DNA of 60,472 nucleotides, the filler included. It is 5 parts of 5 records of this genome, joined end to end, with 100 filler letters (N's around TTAATTAATTAA, not from the genome) between each part and the next. Parts side by side here need not be neighbours in the genome. Positions count along the whole stretch, not along the records: positions 28,113 to 41,796 come from DRR378314_1048; positions 41,897 to 48,495 come from DRR378314_1051; 3 more parts are not named here. One strand, written 5' to 3'. Of the stretch, positions 36,710 to 45,332 are shown piece by piece. A program made the position numbers and the translations under genes. Below the pieces are notes generated by a model. The model ran no database searches. It had not been told where the DNA came from and saw nothing but the letters and a program-made list of their open reading frames with translations. Numbering within the stretch: position 1 is the stretch's first letter; each line of letters opens with the position of its first letter.

Positions 36710-37280
36710 CGTTCCAGCCCCTGCCACAACATGACCTAGCGTCAATCACCCGATAACATTGGCAATTCTCGATTTTCTCCCCCTATATTGGATGGGTGCA
36801 GCAATGCGCGAAGGCAGCGCAACAGCAGCGCAGCCGCCGAATTCATCCCAAAAATTAAGCGCCTTGATAATAATATTAAACATATTTGCTTGAAATTGAC
36901 ATTTTCAGTTGCAAGCATCGCAGTGAGTCGTCAGGCTTCCTAATACCGCTGCTTTCTGGTGTTGGCAGCTTGACCGTCACAAAGAGGGCGGATGCGTTGT
37001 TCACCCAACACGCCCACCAGACAGTCGCGAGCAAAAGTCTGTGTCGCCAAAAAGTGACTCTGCGCAACCGATTGTAAAGGCAGCGAAACGGGGGGGGAAT
37101 GACAGAAGTAGTGCCAAGAACACCATGCCGCGCGCGCTGGTTTCCGCCCGCTTTGCATTATGGGCGCACGGGACCTATTTCACCTGTTTCCGTCCGGGCC
37201 ATAAGGGCATAAAGGATGCGTAACGCAGAGATATTGACGGCCCCCATGGGACGCCTCTGCTTTTACGGAGCTTCCTTGAT

Positions 37281-38255
37281 ATGACCCCTTTTGCAATTGC
37301 CGGCGTCCAGATGTACGTCAACGCCCTTCACCCCAATGTCGAAGGCATGCTGCAGCGCCTTGATGTGCTGATGATGCGCTTTCCCTGGACGCAGATGGTG
37401 TTGTTCAGCGAACTTGCCCCCTTTGGCCCGCTTGAGGAATTCAAGCTGCCGCCGGAAAATGATATCATCGACAAATTCTGCGAGGCCGCCAGACGTCACA
37501 AGATCTGGCTAATCCCCGGATCGATGTTCCTGACAGACCCTGATGACGGGCTGGTGCGCAACACCTCGCTGGTGATCAACCCGGATGGCGATGTGATCCG
37601 CCGCTATGCCAAGATGTTCCCCTTCCTGCCTTATGAGGCAGGCGTTGCGGCAGGCACTGATTTCTGTGTGTTTGACGTGCCGGAGGTGGGGCGCTTTGGC
37701 CTGTCGATCTGTTATGACATGTGGTTCCCCGAAACCACGCGGCAACTGACGTCGCAGGGCGTGGAAGTGTTACTGCACCCGGTGCTGACCGGCACCACAG
37801 ACCGCGACGCAGAGCTGGCGATTGCCCGCGCGACCGCTGCGCAATTCCAGTGCTACGTCATTGATGTCAACGGCCTGGGTGCGGGCGGTGTCGGCCGGTC
37901 CTGCATTGTTGATCCGACCTCGCTGGTGCTGCACCAGTCACAGGGGCAGGAAGACATGTTCCCGATTGAAATTGACCTCTCGATGGTCCGCCGTCAGCGC
38001 GAAACCGGCATGAAAGGTCTGGGTCAGGTTCTGAAGTCCTTCCGCGACCGTCCGGCAGATTTTTCAGTTTATGATCGAAATAGTGGCGTCGACAGCTATC
38101 TGAACACTTTGGGCCCTCTGGCAGTGCCACAACAAGGGTCACGTGCAGGCTTGCATGTGGACCTGCCGGCAACGGCAGAGGCCGAACTAAATGATCGCGA
38201 ACCCAAACTAGGGATCGGGATTTCGCCTGTCATGGGCAAAACAACAGGAAGCTGA
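37281..38255 (+). CDS. Carbon-nitrogen hydrolase (nitrilase/amidase superfamily)
   Basis: Glu-Lys-Cys triad contexts LFSE, RYAK and SICYDMWFPE. Confidence 0.9.
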   Translation: MTPFAIAGVQMYVNALHPNVEGMLQRLDVLMMRFPWTQMVLFSELAPFGPLEEFKLPPENDIIDKFCEAARRHKIWLIPGSMFLTDPDDGLVRNTSLVINPDGDVIRRYAKMFPFLPYEAGVAAGTDFCVFDVPEVGRFGLSICYDMWFPETTRQLTSQGVEVLLHPVLTGTTDRDAELAIARATAAQFQCYVIDVNGLGAGGVGRSCIVDPTSLVLHQSQGQEDMFPIEIDLSMVRRQRETGMKGLGQVLKSFRDRPADFSVYDRNSGVDSYLNTLGPLAVPQQGSRAGLHVDLPATAEAELNDREPKLGIGISPVMGKTTGS

Positions 38256-38317
38256 GCAGAGGATTTGTAGCACAAGCTACGGACCATCTGTATCGGCTCA
38301 TATAGGGAGTACGACCG

Positions 38318-41059
38318 ATGGATTCCGTCAGCGATTACTATTCCGCGACTCAATTGCGCGCCGACCGGTGGAGTGCCTTGCGCGAAAGCGTGATTTCACT
38401 CTGCCGGGAGGGCAACAGCCGGAAGGTGGCGGCACTTAAAAAGAAAATCGAAGAGCTGTTTGACTCGCTGGCGCTGATCGAACCCTATTGGGCCTTTCCC
38501 GGCATGGCCGCTTTTGACCACATGCGCCGGCAGTTTGAATACGGCCATTTCGACGACCTGTCCTTTACCACCAATCGTGTAAAACGGGCGCTGACAACCG
38601 GGGCCTATCGGCGGCGTACCATTCCGCTGGACCGCGACAGTTCCGATGACGAGGAACATAACGACGAGGCCATGCTGTCCCCAGAGGCCCGCGCCATGGC
38701 CCGCCCCTATTTCGAGGTGTTGATCGTTGACAATGTGAACGACCAGCAGGACCGCTGGCTGAAAAGTAATGTCTCGCGTATGCGCCGCCCGGAAGATCCC
38801 TTCCATTACGAGGCTGTGGTGGTGCCCAGCCTTGAAGATGCGCTGATCGCAGTGCTGTTCAACCACAATATTCAGGCGATTGTTGTGCGTCCCGGCCTGG
38901 TGCTGAAATCCAAGAACGACAATGAAATTCTGGCGAAATACATCCACAATGCCAGCCACACAGATTCAATCGACACGATGATGCCCGAAGATTACGGCCC
39001 CGAATTGTGCCGGTTGATCGCGCGCGTACGCCCCGAGCTGGATGCCTATCTGGTCACCGAACGGTCAGTCGAGGACATTGCGGGCCTTGATCTGGGGATT
39101 TGCCGGCGGGTTTTCTATAACCAAGAAGACTTTATGGAGCTGCACCTGAACATCCTGCGCGGGGTGGCAGCGCGGAACAAAACCCCGTTCTTCACCGCAC
39201 TTGTTGAGTATTCCAAACAGCCCACCGGTGTGTTTCACGCAATGCCGATCAGCCGTGGCAAATCCATCACCCGCTCGCATTGGATTCAGGACATGGGCGC
39301 ATTTTACGGGCCGAACATCTTCCTTGCGGAAACCTCTGCCACCTCCGGCGGATTGGATTCATTGCTGGAACCGCATGGTCCGATCAAAGAGGCACAGGAG
39401 CTGGCCAGCCGCGCCTTCGGGTCGAAACAAACCTTCTTTGCCACCAATGGTACCTCGACCTGTAACAAGATCGTTGTGCAGGCGGTGGTGCGCCCCGGTG
39501 ATATCGTGCTGGTCGATCGTGACTGCCATAAATCGCATCACTACGGCATGGTGCTGGCGGGGGCCGAGGTGGTCTATCTCGACAGCTACCCGCTGAATGA
39601 ATATTCGATGTATGGCGCGGTGCCGCTGCGCGAGATCAAACATCAGCTGCTGGCGCTCAAAGCGGCAGGCAAGCTGGATCGTGTGCGGATGCTGCTGCTG
39701 ACCAACTGCACCTTTGACGGGCTGGTCTATAATGTAGAACGGGTGATGGAGGAATGCCTGGCGATCAAGCCGGATCTTGTATTCCTTTGGGATGAAGCAT
39801 GGTTTGCCTTTGCCCGTTTCAGCCCCACCTACCGCCAACGCACCGGCATGCGCACAGCCAATAACCTGCGCAAACGTCTGCGCACAGAGGAACACCAACG
39901 CGACTATGAATTGCAGCAGCTTGAGCTGGAAGGTGCGTCAGACGAGACCATGCTCAACACCCGGCTGATAGCCCCGCCCGATGCACGGATCAGGGTCTAT
40001 GCCACGCAATCGACCCACAAAACCCTGACCTCGCTCAGGCAAGGCTCGATGATCCATGTGAACGATCAGGACTTTAAAGGCGAAGTCGAACAATCGTTTC
40101 ACGAGGCCTATATGACGCACACGTCAACCTCGCCGAACTATCAGATCATTGCGTCGCTGGATGTGGGCCGTCGGCAGGTCGAACTGGAGGGCTTTGAGTT
40201 TGTCCAGCGCCAGATCGAAGCGGCAATGTCGATGCGCAAGGCGATCAGCAGCCACCCGATGCTGCAAAAATACTTCAGGGTGCTGACCGCTGGCGACATG
40301 ATCCCTGAACACCACCGACAAAGCGGCGTGTCCAGCTACTTCGACAACGATCAGGGCTGGACCGACATGTGGGACTGCTGGGAGCAGGACGATTTTGTGC
40401 TGGACGCCACAAGGGTCACGCTGGCGGTGGGTGGCACCGGATGGGATGGCGATACCTTCAAGACCCAGATTTTGATGGATAAATACGGCATCCAGATCAA
40501 CAAGACCTCGCGCAATACGGTCCTGTTCATGACCAATATTGGTACGACACGCTCCTCTGTTGCCTATCTGATCGAGGTGCTGGTCGAGATCGCCAATGAG
40601 CTGGACGAACTGCTTGACGATGCCTCCAAGATGGAGCGCCTGTCGTTTGATCGCAGGGTGAAGAACCTCACCGAAAACTATCCGCCCCTGCCCGATTTCA
40701 GCCGCTTTCATGATGCCTTCCGTCCCGACGACGTGACACCGGAAGGGGATATGCGCACCGCGTATTATCTCAGCTACAACGAGGCGAATTGCGACTATCT
40801 GGAACTGGAGGGTTCGCTGCAGGAAGCACTGGATGCCGATCAGGAGGTGGTCTCGGCCGGGTTCATCATCCCCTACCCCCCCGGTTTCCCGATCCTCGTG
40901 CCGGGACAAGTTGTCAGCAAGGAAATCCTCGCCTTCATGCGGGCCTTGGATGTCAGCGAAATTCACGGATACCGCGCCGATCTGGGGCTGCGTGTCTTTA
41001 CGCCGGAAGCTTTGGAAAGCGTCCAAAGCCCGAAAAAACTTAAACCTGCCGCCGAATAA
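38318..41059 (+). CDS. Large PLP-dependent Orn/Lys/Arg-family amino acid decarboxylase
   Basis: GLDSLLEPHGPIKEAQ, FATNGTST, DRDCHKSH, WDEAW, PLP lysine in QSTHKTL, TSTSPNY and IPYPPGFP. 913 aa. Confidence 0.92.
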   Translation: MDSVSDYYSATQLRADRWSALRESVISLCREGNSRKVAALKKKIEELFDSLALIEPYWAFPGMAAFDHMRRQFEYGHFDDLSFTTNRVKRALTTGAYRRRTIPLDRDSSDDEEHNDEAMLSPEARAMARPYFEVLIVDNVNDQQDRWLKSNVSRMRRPEDPFHYEAVVVPSLEDALIAVLFNHNIQAIVVRPGLVLKSKNDNEILAKYIHNASHTDSIDTMMPEDYGPELCRLIARVRPELDAYLVTERSVEDIAGLDLGICRRVFYNQEDFMELHLNILRGVAARNKTPFFTALVEYSKQPTGVFHAMPISRGKSITRSHWIQDMGAFYGPNIFLAETSATSGGLDSLLEPHGPIKEAQELASRAFGSKQTFFATNGTSTCNKIVVQAVVRPGDIVLVDRDCHKSHHYGMVLAGAEVVYLDSYPLNEYSMYGAVPLREIKHQLLALKAAGKLDRVRMLLLTNCTFDGLVYNVERVMEECLAIKPDLVFLWDEAWFAFARFSPTYRQRTGMRTANNLRKRLRTEEHQRDYELQQLELEGASDETMLNTRLIAPPDARIRVYATQSTHKTLTSLRQGSMIHVNDQDFKGEVEQSFHEAYMTHTSTSPNYQIIASLDVGRRQVELEGFEFVQRQIEAAMSMRKAISSHPMLQKYFRVLTAGDMIPEHHRQSGVSSYFDNDQGWTDMWDCWEQDDFVLDATRVTLAVGGTGWDGDTFKTQILMDKYGIQINKTSRNTVLFMTNIGTTRSSVAYLIEVLVEIANELDELLDDASKMERLSFDRRVKNLTENYPPLPDFSRFHDAFRPDDVTPEGDMRTAYYLSYNEANCDYLELEGSLQEALDADQEVVSAGFIIPYPPGFPILVPGQVVSKEILAFMRALDVSEIHGYRADLGLRVFTPEALESVQSPKKLKPAAE

Positions 41060-41073
41060 GAAAAGGAAAAATT

Positions 41074-41796
41074 ATGCCAACAGTTCTCAAAAATATCTCG
41101 GAAATCCGCCGGTTTTTTCACCGCAACGAAGATCCGGTCTACTTCATCTCGGCGACCAACTTTAACCTTTTGGGCCTCGATGAATGGGTAAAGAACTTTA
41201 AATATATCTGTTACATCGACTGTTACGGCGGCAAACATCCAAACGTTTTCTGTCCGTCTGAACAACCCCATGCGGAATTCCAGTCGATTGAAGACATCAA
41301 CAATTACCTGCTTCAGCACAAGGAAGTCATCGACTTTATCAAACGCCGTGGCGGCAAGCCCAAGTTTGTTTTCCTGATGTTCGACGAGGAAACCGAACGT
41401 CTGTCCAAGGAACTTGGCGCGGATGTCTGGTTCCCCAAGGCCAAGCTGCGTTCCAGCATGGACAACAAAATCGAAACCGTGCGCATCGGCAATAAGGCGG
41501 GTGTGCCCTCAGTGCCCAATGTGCTGGCCGAGGTGAAGGATTACGCAGACCTGCAAAAAACCTGCGAGAAAGCCGGCATTGGTCATGATCTGGTGCTGCA
41601 ATCCGCCTTTGGCGATTCAGGGCATACAACCTTCTTTATCAAATCAGAGGCCGACTTCCGCCGTCACGAACACGAGATTGTCGGCGAGGGCGAGATCAAG
41701 ATCATGAAGCGGATCGATTGCCGCGGTTCAGCGATCGAGGCCTGCGCCACCAAGGAAGGCACCATTGTTGGCCCGCTGATGACCGAACTTGTGGGC
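41074..41796 (+). CDS. ATP-grasp ligase-like protein, 3'-truncated
   Basis: DNKIET..AGVPSVP, LVLQSAFGDSGHTTFFI and IKIMKRI resemble ATP-grasp B-domain motifs. It starts 14 nt after the decarboxylase stop. Confidence 0.7.
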
Positions 41797-41896
41797 NNNN
41801 NNNNNNNNNNNNNNNNNNNNNNNNNNNNNNNNNNNNNNNNTTAATTAATTAANNNNNNNNNNNNNNNNNNNNNNNNNNNNNNNNNNNNNNNNNNNN
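41797..41896. other. Artificial contig-joining spacer
   Basis: N-run + TTAATTAATTAA + N-run. Confidence 0.98.
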
Positions 41897-41928
41897 ACAG
41901 TATATAAGGCCAAAAAGAGGGGCAAGAG

Positions 41929-42894
41929 ATGCGTATTGAAGTGACGTCGGATGTGTTCAAGCTGGCGGAAGTATTCACCATCAGTCGCGGATCACGGACC
42001 GAGGCCAAAGTGCTGACCGTGCGGATAACTGAGGGCGGTGTGACGGGCTGGGGCGAATGCGTGCCCTATGCCCGTTATGGTGAGACGCTGGAATCGGTTA
42101 CGGCGCAGATTGAAGGGTTGCAGGGGAATGTGACCCGTGAGGCGCTTTATGACCTGCTGCCAGCGGGCGCGGCGCGTAATGCGGTGGACTGTGCCCTATG
42201 GGATTTGCAGGCCAAACAGGCAGGCAAACGGGTTTGGCAACTGGCCGGGCTGGCCGCGCCGGGGCCGGAGATCACCGCCTTTACCCTGTCACTGGCAGAG
42301 CCTGCGCAGATGCAGGCGCAGGCGGCGAAACATGCGCATCGACCATTGCTGAAGATCAAGCTGGGCACGCCCGATGACATGCCACGGCTTGAAGCGGTGC
42401 GGGCAGGGGCCCCGAAGTCGACAATTATCATCGACGCCAATGAGGGTTGGTCGGCAGATGTCTATGCTGATCTGGCACCGCATCTGCTGCGCCTTGGGGT
42501 GGCTTTGGTTGAGCAGCCTTTGCCCGCCGGTGAGGATGATGCATTGATCGGGATGGCGCGGCCCGTGCCGGTTTGCGCAGATGAATCTGCGCATGATTGC
42601 AGCACCTTGTCCAAATTGCGCGGCAAATATGATGTGGTGAACATCAAGCTGGACAAGACTGGCGGATTGACCGAGGCGTTGAAGTTGCGGGCGGCAGCGC
42701 TGGCTGACGGTTATGAGGTGATGGTCGGCTGCATGGTGGGTTCGTCGCTGGCGATGGCACCGGCGACCTTGGTGGCGCAGGGCGCAAAGGTGGTTGATCT
42801 GGATGGTCCGCTTTTGCTAGGCGAAGATCGCGAAGATGCATTGAAATTCGACGCGGAGGGGGTACATCCGCCTGCCGCTGCGCTTTGGGGATAA
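41929..42894 (+). CDS. dgcA: Enolase-superfamily racemase/epimerase (N-acetyl-D-Glu racemase DgcA / L-Ala-D/L-Glu epimerase)
   Basis: FTISRG, KIK, DANEGW, EQP, ADES, NIKLDK, GCMVG and DLDG motifs. Confidence 0.8.
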   Translation: MRIEVTSDVFKLAEVFTISRGSRTEAKVLTVRITEGGVTGWGECVPYARYGETLESVTAQIEGLQGNVTREALYDLLPAGAARNAVDCALWDLQAKQAGKRVWQLAGLAAPGPEITAFTLSLAEPAQMQAQAAKHAHRPLLKIKLGTPDDMPRLEAVRAGAPKSTIIIDANEGWSADVYADLAPHLLRLGVALVEQPLPAGEDDALIGMARPVPVCADESAHDCSTLSKLRGKYDVVNIKLDKTGGLTEALKLRAAALADGYEVMVGCMVGSSLAMAPATLVAQGAKVVDLDGPLLLGEDREDALKFDAEGVHPPAAALWG

Positions 42895-42897
42895 AAG

Positions 42898-43758
42898 ATG
42901 AGAACAGTCTATGTGAACGGCGCTTACCTGCCAGAGAATGAAGCGCAGATTTCGATCTTTGACCGTGGGTTTCTGATGGCGGACGGGGTTTACGAGGTAA
43001 CCTCCGTGCTGGATGGCAAGTTGATTGATTTTGACGGCCATGCGGTGCGGCTGGCGCGGTCCTTGTCAGAGTTGGAGATGCGCAACCCGATCAGCAAGGA
43101 AGACCTGTTGGAGGTGCATCGCGAACTGGTGCGGGTGAACGAGATCGACGAGGGGTTGATCTATCTTCAGATCACACGCGGTTCTGATGGCGACCGCGAT
43201 TTTTCCTTTCCTGATCCTGAGACGACGGAACCGACAGTTGTGCTGTTCACCCAGAACAAGCCCGGCCTGGCGGATAGCCCGGCGGCCAAGAAGGGTGCCA
43301 AGATCATCAGCATTGAGGATATTCGCTGGGGGCGGCGTGACATCAAGACGGTGCAATTGCTGTACCCCTCGATGGGCAAGATGATGGCCAAGAAAGCCGG
43401 GTGCGACGATGCATGGATGGTCGAGGACGGTTTTGTCACCGAAGGCACGTCAAACAATGCTTACATCGTGAAAGGCAACAAGATCATCACGCGGGCGCTG
43501 TCTAATGAGATTCTGCACGGGATCACCCGGGCCGCGGTATTGCGGTTTGCCCGCGAGGCGCAGATGGAAGTGGAAGAGCGCAACTTTACCATTGATGAGG
43601 CGAAGGAGGCGGATGAGGCCTTTACCACCTCGGCCAGTGCTTTTGTGATGCCGGTTGTAGAGATCGACGGCGTTGCGTTGGGTGATGGCACGCCGGGACG
43701 TGTGGCCCCGCGTCTGCGCGAAATTTATCTTGATGAGATGCGCAAGGTTGCAGTCTGA
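42898..43758 (+). CDS. dat: D-amino acid aminotransferase (class IV PLP)
   Basis: DRGFLMADGVYEV, YLQITRG, RRDIKT, EGTSNN and LHGITR motifs. Confidence 0.88.
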   Translation: MRTVYVNGAYLPENEAQISIFDRGFLMADGVYEVTSVLDGKLIDFDGHAVRLARSLSELEMRNPISKEDLLEVHRELVRVNEIDEGLIYLQITRGSDGDRDFSFPDPETTEPTVVLFTQNKPGLADSPAAKKGAKIISIEDIRWGRRDIKTVQLLYPSMGKMMAKKAGCDDAWMVEDGFVTEGTSNNAYIVKGNKIITRALSNEILHGITRAAVLRFAREAQMEVEERNFTIDEAKEADEAFTTSASAFVMPVVEIDGVALGDGTPGRVAPRLREIYLDEMRKVAV

Positions 43759-43822
43759 GGCTCTGGTTCCGGGGTCAGCAGGCTGGCTCACTGCCTGAGA
43801 AAAGGATGAATGCGTCCCGACC

Positions 43823-44707
43823 TTAGGCGGACAGGAGTTCCGGCAGGGTGGTCACATAGGTCTGGATGAACGGTATGTCGATTGGGGTAAGCCCGTATAG
43901 GGTGGCCACCTCTTGCTCTTCGACGAAGGCGTGCATCAGTTTGGTTTCTGCGTCAAATTCGAACCGTACAGTGGGATCGGCGGGGGAACCGTCGAGAAAC
44001 ACAAGGCTGAACAGATCATCGCGGAAATCGAAATCCGTGATAACCGCCGGGGCACCGGGGGCGGTTGATGCGGTTGCCACGACAAAATTATCATCGCCCT
44101 CGCCGCCGGTCATGACGTCGCCGTCATCCCCTACCAGTGTGTCATTGCCATAACCTGCGTGGATTGTATCAGCTGTGCCGGTATCGGTGTCGCTGACGCT
44201 GCCATCCGGGTTCAGGCCGTCGATTGCGATGATCGTGTCATGGCCCAGATCGCCGTGGATCAGGTTATGTCCCTGTGCATCGACCAGCATGTCATGCCCG
44301 TCGCCACCGCGGATGAAATCATCACCTGCGTCTTGAGCGACGCCAGCAGAGTCCAAAGTGGTGTCATCGCCATCGCCGAGGAAAATCTTGTCGTTGCCTT
44401 CACCGCCCAGACCCACATCATCGCCGGCGCTGGTGAAGAGACGGTCGTCGCCGGTGCCCCCTTGCAGGGTGTCATCCCCGTCGTGGCCACCCAGAAGGTC
44501 ATCACCCGCGCCGCCGGACATAAGATTGTCCAGCGCGTTGCCTTGCACATGTTCCTTGGCGTCTGTGCCCTCAAAATCGGCAATATCCTCCGCCAGTGTG
44601 ATGTCGATCGGCAAATCGTCGTCCTCGGAAGACTCCTTGGCCGGGCTAAGCAATTCGATCGCGAGGCCAAGGCCCAGCAGGGAGGGGAGAAGGATAAGCT
44701 CTAACAC
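43823..44707 (-). CDS. RTX-type calcium-binding repeat protein
   Basis: Multiple GGxGxD nonapeptides, an acidic composition, ITDFD and a hydrophobic N-terminus. GTG start. Confidence 0.82.
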   Translation of the reverse strand: MLELILLPSLLGLGLAIELLSPAKESSEDDDLPIDITLAEDIADFEGTDAKEHVQGNALDNLMSGGAGDDLLGGHDGDDTLQGGTGDDRLFTSAGDDVGLGGEGNDKIFLGDGDDTTLDSAGVAQDAGDDFIRGGDGHDMLVDAQGHNLIHGDLGHDTIIAIDGLNPDGSVSDTDTGTADTIHAGYGNDTLVGDDGDVMTGGEGDDNFVVATASTAPGAPAVITDFDFRDDLFSLVFLDGSPADPTVRFEFDAETKLMHAFVEEQEVATLYGLTPIDIPFIQTYVTTLPELLSA

Positions 44708-44808
44708 GGGTACGCCACCTTAAGAAATGGTTAACGTTCCTTTATGTGCTGAGGATTGTGGCAGAAGCGTTGACAGAATTGGGCGATTGTGGGGTTGGCC
44801 GCCGGGGT

Positions 44809-45135
44809 TTACCCCTTTTTGACGTTTTGGGCAAAGGCCACTTTGAAGGCTTCCTGTTGTTCTGGTTTAGCTTCTGTCTGGTAGTTGGCTTTCCATTCGT
44901 CCATCGTCATCCCGTAGAACAATTCACGGGCTTCTGTCTTGCCGATGTCGATGCCCCGTTCGGCGGCGGCTTCCTGATACCAGCGCGACAGGCAATTGCG
45001 GCAAAACCCGGCGAGGTTCATCATATCGATGTTCTGCACATCCGTGCGGTCTTGCATCAGGTGTTGCTGGAGGCGGCGAAAAGCGGCGGCTTGAAGTTCG
45101 ATTTCCTGTTGGGTCGGTGCCTGAGTGCTGGACAT
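44809..45135 (-). CDS. DUF1244 family protein
   Basis: AAAFRRL..RTDVQNIDMMNLAGFCRNCLSRW..YGM..EWK. Confidence 0.85.
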   Translation of the reverse strand: MSSTQAPTQQEIELQAAAFRRLQQHLMQDRTDVQNIDMMNLAGFCRNCLSRWYQEAAAERGIDIGKTEARELFYGMTMDEWKANYQTEAKPEQQEAFKVAFAQNVKKG

Positions 45136-45332
45136 TGTGGTCTCCTGTTTTGAGTATTGCTGGGCCGCGGGGGCCTTGGTGTCAAGTTTCTGTGGCACAA
45201 TCATCTGTGGAAGAGCCGTCATAATTGTGAAATCTTTGACAGACATGCCGTTGACGTGTACTCGAAACCCGAATGGTGCGTTATCGCTAACGGTACGCCT
45301 AAATAGTGACTTCAGACCAAAGGACACAGCCC

